Positions 39,319-49,108 of a DNA stretch of 64,000 nucleotides are shown here, one piece after another. Origin of the DNA: Polyangiales bacterium (GTDB taxonomy: Bacteria; Myxococcota_A; Polyangia; Polyangiales; JAFGIB01); assembly GCA_035274465.1 (NCBI GenBank), contig DATEOF010000190.1, forward strand, positions 47,967-111,966, given 5' to 3'. Position 1 is the first letter of the stretch, and every line of letters begins with the position of its first letter. The notes under the pieces were generated by a model. That model did not search any database, was not told the origin of the DNA, and worked only from the letters and a program-made list of their open reading frames with translations. The position numbers were made by a program, and so were the translations under genes.

Positions 39319-42300
39319 GTGAAGCCTTCCCCGCTGCCGCCGCCAGAAGCGACGCAATCGAACACGCCGCAGCCTTCCGCTCAGACTTCGGACCACAGCG
39401 CGCTACAGGACCGCTATCGCGAGCTCGCGCCGCTCGGCCAAGGCGGCAACGCGTCGGTGTTGCGCGCGTTCGATGCCGTGCGCGAGCAGTGGGTTGCGCT
39501 GAAGCGCTTGCGAACCGCAGGCGACGTGCCCACCAGTGAACTGGCCAAGCGCATGCTCGAGACCGAGTATCACACGCTGCGGCAGGTCCAACATCCGTCG
39601 ATCATCGAAGTCTACGACTACGGCATCGATCGAGAGCTCGGGAGCTACTACACCATGGAGCTCCTGTCCGGAGAGGACCTCCAGACACTTTCGCCGCTGC
39701 CGTGGCGCGACGCATGCCGACTGTTGATGGGCGTGGCCTCATCGCTGGCCGTCGTGCATTCGAGACGGCTCGTGCATCGCGACGTGACCGCGCGCAACGT
39801 GCGCCGCACGGAGGAGGGCAGCGCGAAGCTGATCGACTTCGGCGCGCTCACGCAGATGGGCCCGGTCAGGAACATCGCCGGAACGCCGCCCTACGTACCG
39901 CCCGAGGCGATCTGCCAGCAACCCCTCGACGGTCGCGCCGACCTGTACTCGCTGGGTGCGCTCGCCTACTTCACGCTCACGGGCCGGCACGCATTTCCGG
40001 CGCGGGACTTCGCCGAGCTGCGGCAGCTCTGGCACTCGCCGCCATTCTCGCTGCGCGGCATCGTCTCCAGCATCCCCGAAGCGCTCAACGAGCTGGTGAT
40101 GGCGCTGCTGGATCCCAACGTGCTGGCGCGTCCGCAATCCGCGGCCGAGGTCATGGTGCGCTTGAGCGCGATCGCGGACCTGCCGCTGACGGAGGCGGCG
40201 GCCGTGGAGCACGCCTACCTCGCAGCGCCCCGCCTGGTCGCGCGCGACGCAGCCCTGGTTCAGGCGCGCACGCACCTGCTGCGCGCAGCGCGCGGGCAAT
40301 CCCACACGCTGCTGCTCGGCGGTGCAGCCGGCATGGGCCGCTCGCGCATGCTCGATGCCTGCGTGCTCGACGCGGAGCTCGCCGGAGCGCTGGTGCTGCG
40401 CGCGGATGCCACGGACGGCACGCTCGCCTACGGCGTGTTGCGGCGGCTCGTGCGGCGCTTGCTCGACGCGCGGCCTGGGCTACGCGCGCGCGCAAGCGAG
40501 CTGGGCCTGGATCCGCTCGTCGCGTCCGGCAACGAGGGCAGCGCTGCATTGCCGCGCCGCGATGCGCTGATCGCCGCCGGCGTGCGCCTACTCGCTGGGG
40601 CGTGCTCGCGCCGGGTGCTCGCGATCGCGGTCGACGATGCGCACGCGATCGACGAACCCTCACTCGCATGCCTCGCGAGCCTCGCCGAGGACCCGAGCGC
40701 GCAACGCCTGATCCTGCTACTCAGCCGCGAAACCGGCGCTCCGCTCGCGGCCAAGCTCGCCTGGGACTTGCTCGAGCAACGCGCCGATCGGCTGGAGCTC
40801 GCCCCGCTCGAGGCAACCGACGCACGCCTGCTGCTGACCTCGGTGTTCGGCGAGGTGCCACAGCTCGACATGCTGGCCACGCTGCTGAACAGCAGCGCAC
40901 GGGGCAACCCGCGCGACCTGATGGACGCGGCGCAGCGCATCGTCGACGCCCAGCTGGTGCGCTACTCGGGCGGGCAGTGGTTCATCACGGCCGAGCCCGC
41001 GCGAATCTCCGCGTGCCTGGAACGCCCGAGCGACGTGCGCTCGCGGCTCGCGCAGCTGCCGGCGGCGGGGCGCGTACTGCTTGCGCTGCTCGCGCTCGAC
41101 CGAGATCACCGCCTGCGCGAGGCAGACTACGCCGCGCTCTGCCCCGAGCACGACGTGGCGAGCCTGCACTGGGCGCTGAACGATCTGCTGCGCGAGCGCT
41201 GGCTGGTGCGCGCGGAGGACGCGCATCACTTCGTGCGTGCGAGCGATCAGCGCGGCGTCGAGGCGGCGCTCGCACCCGAGCATCGGGCAACACTGCACCT
41301 GGGCATCGCGCGACACCTGGAGAGCTCCCAGCGCGACCCCGTCTACGAGGTGTATCACTTCGTGCAGGGTCAACGCGCAGAGCTCGCGCACGCCGCGATG
41401 GCACGTTACATCGACATGGCGGACAAGAACCCGCAGCGCGTGCGCGCGGCGATCGAGCTCGACATGGTCGAACGCATGGTCGAGCTCGGCGCGAGCCAGG
41501 GCTGGCCGTTGCCGCTGCTCACGCTGTACCGGATGCAGAGCATGCTGCTCGCCGCAGCATTCGGCATCTGGGAGCGCGCGTTGCCGCAGGCAGACGCCAC
41601 GCTGCAAGCGCTGTCCGAATTCGCAGGCCTGCGCGACTACCACGCCCTCGCGCAGCTGCCGGCGGCGGAGCGTTTGCAGGCCGCGCTGGGAGCGGCTCAA
41701 GAGCGCTTCGCGGCCGCAGCTCCGGGCACACATCCGCTGCCGCCGATCAACGCCGTGCGAGCGCTGACCCGCGTGTCGACGATCGCGGCCGCGAGCGCCT
41801 ACTGGATGACCGAACCCGGTGCGTTCGACCGCATCCCTTCGCTCGCGCCGCTCTTGCCACTCTCACCCGCGCTCTCGCTCACCGAGCGCATCGTCAACGC
41901 GTTCCGTGCCCTGGTCACCGGCCAGGAGTGGACCGGCTGGGATGCGTTCAAGCAGCTCTTCGCCGACGTGCGCGCCATGCCGGAAGCGCAGCTCGACGCG
42001 CGCAACCGCTACACGCTCGAGCTGGTCGTGCTCTCGCCGGTCTGCTTCCGCGACGCGCGGCACGCGGCCGCGAGCACGCTCCAGCACTGCGCCGCACTCG
42101 CCGCGAAGCAACCCGATCAGGCGCAGAACTACGCCATGCTCTACCACATGGTCATGGGCGACGCGGTGGCTGCCGAGCACGCGCGCGGCCAGTGCGAGCT
42201 CTCGACGCTGCGCGCCGGCGCCACCAGCGACGCGCGCTCCACCCGGCTGCAAGTCAGCTCGATCTTGTTCCCGCTCACCAGCGACCTGATGGCGCTCAAG

Positions 42301-43365
42301 CGCCTGTGCGGCGAGCTCGAGGAGGTTCGCCAACAGCGGCCGGGCTGGCGCTTCGGCAGCGAGATCATCGCGGCGCACGCGCTGCGCTGCCAGGGCAAGC
42401 TGGAACAAGCGCTGCTGCACATCGAGCGCACGCTCGCGGAGCTGCCGGCAGCGCACCTCGAGTTTGCGCCCTGCGCGCAGGCGCACGTGTGGATCCTGAG
42501 CGACCTCGGCCAGCACGAAGCTGCGGTGAGCGAGGGCATGCGTCACCGCGACAAGGCGCGCGCGCTGGACATTCCGACGGCGTGGCTCGACGTGCTGATC
42601 GCCGAGGCGCTGTCGCGCACCGAGCGCCACGACGAGGCCGAGCGACTCTGGCAGGACGCGCTCACGGCCCTCCAGGGCCGCGCGATCGGCGGCGTACACC
42701 TCGGCTTCGCGTTCGAGGTCGGTGCGCGGGTCGCGCGAGCCCGCGGTGACATGGCCATGTTCGGGGAACGCTGCGATCAGTGCGCGCAGTTCTACCTGAA
42801 CGGCAGCGATGCAGCGCTCGCAGCGCGCTACCGTCGCTTGATCGCCGAACCCACGGCCGAGCCGGAGCAGTATCCGTACGCCGACGTCGGGGCGGTCCAT
42901 ACTGCCCTCTCGCAGTGTGGAAACCGAGGCGAACGCGCCGCGCAAGCGAGCGCCCTCCTGCGCGATCAAGCCCAGAGCAGCGAAGCGCTGATCTTCGGCA
43001 TCCGCGCCGGTCGCCTGGAACCGCTCGACGCCGACAGCGGCGTGGACGACGCGGTGCTCGGCATGGTCCAGAGCTACCTCACGCAGGAGCTCGCAGCTGA
43101 CAGTCAGATCACGCGTACCGCAGCAGCCGGCTCACTCGACGACCTGGGCGAGAGCGAGGTCGTCTCACGCTGTGAGATCGCCGGTTGCAGTTACATGCCC
43201 GTGCTGCTCCACGCCCGCGACGACCAGGGACCCTTCGTCGTCGGCGTGGCGCTGCTGCGCAGCGAGGGTTCTGAAAACCTCGCGGGTTATCAGCGCCTCG
43301 TGCCGAACCTGTCCAAGGCCCTGTTGGCGCTGGGCGACGTCGAGCTGGTACGGCGCAGCGGCTAA
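39319..43365 (+). CDS. Giant Ser/Thr protein kinase with STAND-type P-loop NTPase and TPR-like helical repeats
   Basis: Kinase motifs are present (GQGGNASV…ALK; HRDVTARNV; DFGAL; GTPPYVPPE). A P-loop follows (LLGGAAGMGRSRMLD). The C-terminal region, over 700 aa, is helical and Ala/Leu-rich. Confidence 0.85.
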   Translation: MKPSPLPPPEATQSNTPQPSAQTSDHSALQDRYRELAPLGQGGNASVLRAFDAVREQWVALKRLRTAGDVPTSELAKRMLETEYHTLRQVQHPSIIEVYDYGIDRELGSYYTMELLSGEDLQTLSPLPWRDACRLLMGVASSLAVVHSRRLVHRDVTARNVRRTEEGSAKLIDFGALTQMGPVRNIAGTPPYVPPEAICQQPLDGRADLYSLGALAYFTLTGRHAFPARDFAELRQLWHSPPFSLRGIVSSIPEALNELVMALLDPNVLARPQSAAEVMVRLSAIADLPLTEAAAVEHAYLAAPRLVARDAALVQARTHLLRAARGQSHTLLLGGAAGMGRSRMLDACVLDAELAGALVLRADATDGTLAYGVLRRLVRRLLDARPGLRARASELGLDPLVASGNEGSAALPRRDALIAAGVRLLAGACSRRVLAIAVDDAHAIDEPSLACLASLAEDPSAQRLILLLSRETGAPLAAKLAWDLLEQRADRLELAPLEATDARLLLTSVFGEVPQLDMLATLLNSSARGNPRDLMDAAQRIVDAQLVRYSGGQWFITAEPARISACLERPSDVRSRLAQLPAAGRVLLALLALDRDHRLREADYAALCPEHDVASLHWALNDLLRERWLVRAEDAHHFVRASDQRGVEAALAPEHRATLHLGIARHLESSQRDPVYEVYHFVQGQRAELAHAAMARYIDMADKNPQRVRAAIELDMVERMVELGASQGWPLPLLTLYRMQSMLLAAAFGIWERALPQADATLQALSEFAGLRDYHALAQLPAAERLQAALGAAQERFAAAAPGTHPLPPINAVRALTRVSTIAAASAYWMTEPGAFDRIPSLAPLLPLSPALSLTERIVNAFRALVTGQEWTGWDAFKQLFADVRAMPEAQLDARNRYTLELVVLSPVCFRDARHAAASTLQHCAALAAKQPDQAQNYAMLYHMVMGDAVAAEHARGQCELSTLRAGATSDARSTRLQVSSILFPLTSDLMALKRLCGELEEVRQQRPGWRFGSEIIAAHALRCQGKLEQALLHIERTLAELPAAHLEFAPCAQAHVWILSDLGQHEAAVSEGMRHRDKARALDIPTAWLDVLIAEALSRTERHDEAERLWQDALTALQGRAIGGVHLGFAFEVGARVARARGDMAMFGERCDQCAQFYLNGSDAALAARYRRLIAEPTAEPEQYPYADVGAVHTALSQCGNRGERAAQASALLRDQAQSSEALIFGIRAGRLEPLDADSGVDDAVLGMVQSYLTQELAADSQITRTAAAGSLDDLGESEVVSRCEIAGCSYMPVLLHARDDQGPFVVGVALLRSEGSENLAGYQRLVPNLSKALLALGDVELVRRSG

Positions 43366-43371
43366 CAGTCA

Positions 43372-43685
43372 TTGCGCTCGGCACAGGTCGGCACAGCCAA
43401 GACCTCCCTGTACTTCGAGTGGGCCGGCGAGCGCCTGGACGACGCCGAACGCAATCGGCTCGGCAGCGTGGCAGTACGCGCGCTCGCAGACTATCGACCG
43501 TTGTGGTCCTCGCAGGCCGAAGCGCCCGCCGGAATCACACCGGAGCAAGCACACGAGCTCGGCTGGCTCGAGCGCGAACGTTACTGCCCATGGTGCGGGA
43601 CGTCGTGCGGGGCGAGATCGTCCCCCAGCTGCGAGCACTCGAGCTCGTGCTCCCCGAGGCCGAGCTCGCGCAGCTCCTGAGTTGA
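43372..43685 (+). pseudogene. Small ORF with an apparent internal frameshift (protein-like composition switches frame near 43590)
   Basis: The frame opening at 43372 looks protein-like up to …GWLERERY and then turns into low-complexity Ser/Cys junk. The frame opening at 43419 turns protein-like only in its last 35 aa (…MVRDVVRGEIVPQLRALELVLPEAELAQLL). Confidence 0.25.
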
Positions 43686-43727
43686 ATTGCGGTCGTGCCC
43701 GGGCTGCAGCATGCTTCGGGCGGCGCC

Positions 43728-44102
43728 ATGACGACCGCGACTCGTTTCATGATCCGATTCGACAGCTGGTACCGCGTGCTGTCGAGCGCACTGCTGTTGC
43801 TGCCGGCGGCGTCGTACGTCGACGTCGACGATGCGACCGTGCTCGTACGCATGGGCTGGGGGTTCACCGCGCAGTTTCCTCGCGCATCGGTGAAGCGCGT
43901 GTGGCAGCTGGACTACGCGCCCATCAGCCGCGGCGTGCATGGCCTGATGGGGCGTTGGCTCGTCAATGGCAGCGGCGATCGCATCGCCGTCCTCGAGCTC
44001 GACCCACCGGCGCGGGCGCACGTCATGGGGTTCCCGGTGAAGCTGCGACAACTGCTCGTGAGCGTGGAGGACCCGAGCGCTCTCTCGCGCGCGCTCGGCT
44101 GA
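43728..44102 (+). CDS. Hypothetical protein
   Basis: ORF with coding-like GC3 and one hydrophobic segment. No family recognised. Confidence 0.35.
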   Translation: MTTATRFMIRFDSWYRVLSSALLLLPAASYVDVDDATVLVRMGWGFTAQFPRASVKRVWQLDYAPISRGVHGLMGRWLVNGSGDRIAVLELDPPARAHVMGFPVKLRQLLVSVEDPSALSRALG

Positions 44103-44566
44103 GCGCCGGACTTTGAATGCAAGAGCGGCGGTCGGGGTTCAAAGGGGGGGAAGAACCATCCGACCGCCGCGTCCATGGCTCGAAGGCGGGGGGACACCTT
44201 CTGGGAGCCACGTTTCGAGGTTGTCTATAGCGAGCACCGTGCCAAGCGCGCGGCGCGTCGTAGCGGCTCGAGAGGCCGAATCGCAGCGCAAGCCGTTGCA
44301 GCTCTGCAAGCGGGAGTTGCACCCGCGCAAAGCCGCTGAGCTTGCGCCCCTTCGCTGCGGGTGTATGTGGACGCCCACCGGCACCCCACCCGGCTAGACC
44401 GCTTCGTCAATCGCATTCAGGGCTGGTGGGCCAGCCTCGGCCTGCCGCCGCGCGTCATCGCCATCGCGCCCGCAGGTCGCCAGCACTTCCCGGTCGCGGT
44501 CGATGCGCCGCTCTCCGAGTTCGCGAGCATCGCCGAGCACTACCCGGTCTATCGGATCAATCCTGC

Positions 44567-45667
44567 TCAATCGAGCGGCTGATTGCCGAGATCGACGCCG
44601 CCGACGAACGCCGACCACAGGCCCGGGAACGGTTTGGTTTCATCGACCAGGCCGTTCCACGGTAGATCGTCGCCGATCTCCAGCTTGATGCTGCCCTTCA
44701 AGCTGTGGAATGTCTTGTCCGACAAGAACTCGGCGGGCACGCGCAGCGCGCTGCCGGTACGCGGCGGGAGAAATGCCTGACTCGACGTGGTGCCGCTCGG
44801 GATCGGTGTCAGGTTGATGAAGTCGGGCCACAGGAACTCGTCGCTCTTCGTGCACTGCCCCGTGTACGACGCCTTGAGATCGACCTTGCCATTGGCGCTG
44901 GCCGTGCCGGTCCAGTCGTTGCCGTTGCGCTCCACCGTGACTTGCCCCTGGTACTTCGGAAAGCCCATCGCGCGCCCACCCGTGGTGGCTGCGCGGTTGT
45001 CGAGATCCATGGTCAGGACGTACTTGCCGCTCTGACCCTTGTAGGTGATCGGCAGCAGGATCGCGGCCTCGTGGTAGCGTCCCACGCCGCTGATCTCGAA
45101 GTCGATCGTGTAGAAGCAGACCTGCGGATCGGCTGGCATCTCGAACTTTTCCGGCAGCATCTTGCGGAACAAGGCCAGGTCGGCCGGTGGCGTGCAGCCG
45201 AACAGGCCGTGAAACTTTTGATAGAAGCCGGAGCCGTGCGGCTGCTTGCCGGCCAGGGGATCGCTGCCGCAATCGGGACCGAGTGCGGGCGCAGCAGTGC
45301 CGGCCGCACCGGCGCCGGCGCTGGATCCAGCACGCCCTCCGCCGCTTCCAGCTGCAGGTGCGCCAGACGTACCGGTCCCACCCCCGCCGCTGCCAGCAGC
45401 AGCCGGCGTGCCGCTCGATCCACCCGTTCCACCCGCGCCGCCAGCAGCTGCACTCGCGCCTGCAGCACCACCAGCCGCGCTCTTGCCTGCGCCGCCGCTG
45501 CCCGCGTGAGCGGCTGCTCCACCGCTCGCACCACTGCCGCCGTCCGCTTCAGCCACCCCGCCGGCGCCCGCGACGGTCGACGCAGACTTCGACGTCGAGC
45601 CACTGCACGCGCCGAGCCACAGGATGGCGAGCGCTGCCGCCCAGGAGTCATGCCGCGAACATCTCAC
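44567..45667 (-). CDS. Lipoprotein with Gly/Ala/Ser-rich linker and C-terminal globular domain of unknown function
   Basis: The GTG start gives MRCSRHDSWAAALAILWLGACSG. A 150-aa G/A/S-rich region follows, then a 240-aa domain (…FYTIDFEISGVGRYHEAAILLPITYKG…). Confidence 0.6.
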   Translation of the reverse strand: MRCSRHDSWAAALAILWLGACSGSTSKSASTVAGAGGVAEADGGSGASGGAAAHAGSGGAGKSAAGGAAGASAAAGGAGGTGGSSGTPAAAGSGGGGTGTSGAPAAGSGGGRAGSSAGAGAAGTAAPALGPDCGSDPLAGKQPHGSGFYQKFHGLFGCTPPADLALFRKMLPEKFEMPADPQVCFYTIDFEISGVGRYHEAAILLPITYKGQSGKYVLTMDLDNRAATTGGRAMGFPKYQGQVTVERNGNDWTGTASANGKVDLKASYTGQCTKSDEFLWPDFINLTPIPSGTTSSQAFLPPRTGSALRVPAEFLSDKTFHSLKGSIKLEIGDDLPWNGLVDETKPFPGLWSAFVGGVDLGNQPLD

Positions 45668-45774
45668 ACTCGCGGCATAGTCCCGCAGACACGTGCTGCC
45701 AAGCCGATCCCGTAACCACAGCCGCCGTTCCATGCTCGCCGGAGACGACAGGCGTGGAGGGATTGAAGTGTGTC

Positions 45775-46281
45775 TCAAGTGACGCCGAAATACTCGGCCT
45801 TACCCAGCGGAACCCCACGGTGACGCAAGATCGCGTACGCGGTCACGAGGTGAAAGTAGAAGTTCGGCGTCGCAAAACCGAGCACGTAGCGCGCGGCAGA
45901 CTGCGTGGCCGGATCGTCACCGATCGGAAAGGTCACCTCGCGCTCGTCGCGACCATCGAACTGCTCGCGCACCAAGCTCTTGAGAAACCCGCGCGCCTCC
46001 GAGATCTGCGACTGGAGCGCGGCATGATCCATCGTGCCGTCGAGCGCCGCAGGAACCTCCAGCGAAAGCACCCGGCTGGGCACCTGACGCGCGAAGTCGC
46101 ACACGATCTGCGCCTGCCGGTACAGCGGATACATGTCCGGATAAAGTCGCGCCTCGAGAAACTCGGCCTCCGCGACCCCTCGCTCCGCCGCATGCTGCAT
46201 CCCCTTGCGAAGTACACTGGCGAGACCAGCCAGACCGCGGTCGTACACCCGGACGCAGGACGAGTAGAGATCTGCATGCAT
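45775..46281 (-). CDS. DUF1993 family protein (second copy)
   Basis: C-terminus NFYFHLVTAYAILRHRGVPLGKAEYFG is paralogous to that of 20237-20755. Confidence 0.7.
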   Translation of the reverse strand: MHADLYSSCVRVYDRGLAGLASVLRKGMQHAAERGVAEAEFLEARLYPDMYPLYRQAQIVCDFARQVPSRVLSLEVPAALDGTMDHAALQSQISEARGFLKSLVREQFDGRDEREVTFPIGDDPATQSAARYVLGFATPNFYFHLVTAYAILRHRGVPLGKAEYFGVT

Positions 46282-46381
46282 ACAAGCTGATCTACACGAC
46301 GCCGGATGCTTCGGGTAGCCGACGGAGCGCGAGTGACCCAGTTCACGCGCGCACGATCGTGGATCCGCTAGTGTCACTCTC

Positions 46382-47107
46382 ATGGGCCTGATCGATATCG
46401 TCTCGGCGCCACCTTGCCGCAACTACGCTGAAGTGCTCGCTCGCTTGCAAGCAGTGAACGACGCATTGCCCGCGGACGACGGCTTGCGCTGGTTCGGGGC
46501 GTTGTACGCAGACATGACTGCAGCCGTGGCCAGGCACGCGCACGCGAACCGCTTTCTCGAGCCGCGCTTCCTCGAGGCGCTGGACTGCACGTTCGCCGAG
46601 CTGTACTTCGCCGCCCTGGCCAGCTTTCTTCGCGACGAAGACAGCGCGCCCGGCGCCTGGTACCCACTGTTCGAGCGGCGCTTCGCCCGCGACGTCGCTC
46701 CGCTCCAATTCGCAGTCGCCGGCGTCAACGCCCACATCAATCGCGACCTACCGGTGGCACTGGTGGCCACGTTCGAGCAATTCGCTCTGGCTCCCACGCG
46801 CGCCGGCGAACACTACGTCGACTATCGCGCCGTGGATCAGATCCTGGCGGTCGTCCACGCCGAGGTGAAAACCCGGTTGATCACCGGCCTGCTGGCCGCG
46901 GGCGACGTCGCGCTCGGGCCCGTCGACGATGCGATCGAGCTCTGGAGCCTGGAGCACGCGCGCGAGTCCGCCTGGCGCACCGCCGAGCTACGCTGGCACG
47001 TGCGCGACATCGACTTCTTGGCCGAACAGCAGCTGGCCACGCTGGATGGCCTGGTCGGGCTTGCGTCACGCGGGATTCTGCGACCTGGTCTGGCCCTGCT
47101 CGCCTGA
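46382..47107 (+). CDS. Hypothetical protein (DUF5995-like)
   Basis: 241-aa ORF with coding-like composition. The family assignment is from memory only. Confidence 0.45.
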   Translation: MGLIDIVSAPPCRNYAEVLARLQAVNDALPADDGLRWFGALYADMTAAVARHAHANRFLEPRFLEALDCTFAELYFAALASFLRDEDSAPGAWYPLFERRFARDVAPLQFAVAGVNAHINRDLPVALVATFEQFALAPTRAGEHYVDYRAVDQILAVVHAEVKTRLITGLLAAGDVALGPVDDAIELWSLEHARESAWRTAELRWHVRDIDFLAEQQLATLDGLVGLASRGILRPGLALLA

Positions 47108-47110
47108 ACG

Positions 47111-47698
47111 TCAACCGAGCGAGCTCAGCAGCGAGCTCACCGCGTCGCGCCACATCGCCTCGCCGCGCCGTCGCGAGCCGAAGGCACCGGCGAGCTCGAG
47201 CGTGGTGAGCCCGTGCAACAGCGCCCACAGCATGTGCGCGATCGTGTTCGCGTCGCGGCCGCCGAACGTCCCACCCTCGAGCCCGCGCTCGATGGCTTCG
47301 ATTGCACGCCGCAGGCCTTTGCGCGCGCGCTCGATGCGATCCGGGCCTGGCGTGTAGCCCGGCACCGCAGGACCCACGACCAGCGGGTACAAGTTGGGAT
47401 GCGCGAGCGCCGTTCGACGGTAGGCCAGCGCGAGCTCGAGCAGCTCGGTGAGCACATCGGACCGCGAGGCGACCGCATCGTGCGCGCGGCCGAATGCTTC
47501 GGCCAGCTCGTCGTACATGGCGGACAACAGGCCTTCTTTGCTGCCGAACAGGCTGTAGATGGCGCGCGTGGTGGTGCCGACCTCCTCCGCGACGCGGCGT
47601 AACGACAGCGCGACCGCGCCTTCCTGCGCAAGCACGCGGCCCGCCGCCGACAGCAGCTGGGCACGCGTGGTCTCTCCGTGTTGCTTGGGCCGACCCAC
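47111..47698 (-). CDS. TetR/AcrR family transcriptional regulator (GTG start)
   Basis: N-terminal HTH TRAQLLSAAGRVLAQEGAVALSLRRVAEEVGTTTRAIYSLFGSKEGLL. Confidence 0.8.
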   Translation of the reverse strand: MGRPKQHGETTRAQLLSAAGRVLAQEGAVALSLRRVAEEVGTTTRAIYSLFGSKEGLLSAMYDELAEAFGRAHDAVASRSDVLTELLELALAYRRTALAHPNLYPLVVGPAVPGYTPGPDRIERARKGLRRAIEAIERGLEGGTFGGRDANTIAHMLWALLHGLTTLELAGAFGSRRRGEAMWRDAVSSLLSSLG

Positions 47699-47770
47699 TT
47701 GCGCAGCATAGCGCAACGCTGTATCGTAACAGTGTTTCAAAATACACGAGATCACTCGTCGGGGTCGAAG

Positions 47771-49108
47771 ATGAACACAGCGGATGGGTGGTGGCTCAGC
47801 GCGGGCCTGGGCGCGGCGAGCGGAGTTGCGCTGGCCGCCTCGCGCCGCCGGCCCTGGTTGGGCTGGATCTGCTTGAGCCCGCTGGCCCTCGTGATCCTGC
47901 AGGGACAGCCGGCCCCGGCCGCGCTCGCGGGCGCGCTGACCGGCGCGTTCGGTTGCTTTCCGAGCGTGCGATCGCGCGTGCTTCGACCGTTGCTGGCGAT
48001 GGGGCTGGTGCCGACGATGGCGAACTGGTGCGCGCTCGCGGCCGCGTTGGCCTGGCTGCAGCGCGAGCTCTCTCCCGCGTGGCTGTTGATCACGCTGCCG
48101 ATGGCGACCGTGCTCTCGTCGTTGCCGCTGCGCGTACTGGGAGCGCCGCGCTGGCTGAACAACCTGCTCGCGTGCTCGCAGGAGCCGTGGCTCGCGATCG
48201 TGCACATCGCACGGCTCGGCGGAGATCTCACGGTGTCCGCGTTGCTCGCGCTCGCGGGAGCGGTCCCCGCTGTGCTGCTCGCTGGGACCGACACGTTCCC
48301 CGCCGTCGCAGTGGCGCTGGCGACCGTGCTGGCCGCGGTGTCGTTCGGCACATGGAGCTTGCGGAGCGCGCGCGCACGTGTCGAGCAGTGCTCACGCATT
48401 CGGGTCGCGGCGATCGTCGCAGACGCCGACGTCGGAGACGAGCCAGTGGCGCTGAGCGCGCCGGAGCATTGCGACGTGAGCGCCACCGTCCGCCGCTACG
48501 AGCTGCTGGTGGAGCGCGCTGCCGCCGAGGGCGCGCGGCTGCTGGTACTGCCCGAGGTGTGCGCGCTCGTCGATGACGATGGTCGCACCCGGTGGCTGGA
48601 GACGGTGTCGCGCTGGGCGCGCGCGCACCAGCTGTCGATCGTCGCACCCTTCCTCTACATCGGTGACCGGCCCAAGAACGAGCTGATGCTGGTCGACCCA
48701 GGCGGCATCGTCGCCAGCTACGAAAAGCAGCACCCAGGCCCGCGCATCGAGCCGCCGCGCGAGCAGCGCACGGCCATCGGACCGCACGAGACCGGCAGCT
48801 CGGGGGGCCGCTTCGCGGTATCGACGGTCATCTGCGTCGACCTCGACTACGCCGATCTGGTCGAGCCCGCGCGGCGCGGCGGCGGCATCCTGGCCGTGCC
48901 ATCCAACGACTGGTTCGATGGCTTCGAACAGCTGCACCATCGCACGGCCGTGTGGGCGGCGGTGCTGACGGGCGTAAGCGTCGTTCGCGCGACGGGCCAC
49001 GGCATCTCGTCGATCTACGATGGCGTAGGCCGCGTGATCGCGCAACGCTCGAGTCAAGGAGGTCCGGGGTTACTGCTGGCCGACGCTCCACTCTCGGCAA
49101 GTCAGTAA
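47771..49108 (+). CDS. Apolipoprotein N-acyltransferase-like (multi-TM N-domain plus carbon-nitrogen hydrolase domain)
   Basis: An N-terminal polytopic region of about 200 aa is followed by CN-hydrolase signatures (LLVLPE; VICVDLDY). Confidence 0.7.
   Translation: MNTADGWWLSAGLGAASGVALAASRRRPWLGWICLSPLALVILQGQPAPAALAGALTGAFGCFPSVRSRVLRPLLAMGLVPTMANWCALAAALAWLQRELSPAWLLITLPMATVLSSLPLRVLGAPRWLNNLLACSQEPWLAIVHIARLGGDLTVSALLALAGAVPAVLLAGTDTFPAVAVALATVLAAVSFGTWSLRSARARVEQCSRIRVAAIVADADVGDEPVALSAPEHCDVSATVRRYELLVERAAAEGARLLVLPEVCALVDDDGRTRWLETVSRWARAHQLSIVAPFLYIGDRPKNELMLVDPGGIVASYEKQHPGPRIEPPREQRTAIGPHETGSSGGRFAVSTVICVDLDYADLVEPARRGGGILAVPSNDWFDGFEQLHHRTAVWAAVLTGVSVVRATGHGISSIYDGVGRVIAQRSSQGGPGLLLADAPLSASQ

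Noticed and set aside
39702-42749. 1015-aa alternate-frame ORF inside the kinase gene
   Set aside because: It lies in the same region as the kinase-STAND-TPR frame, which has clear catalytic motifs. The alternate frame is Arg/Ala/Gly low complexity.
45246-45560. Gly/Ala/Ser-rich nucleotide low-complexity that looks like a repeat array
   Set aside because: It is coding low complexity (a linker of the lipoprotein at 44567-45667) without regular repeat units or spacers, so it is not a CRISPR or a mobile-element repeat.
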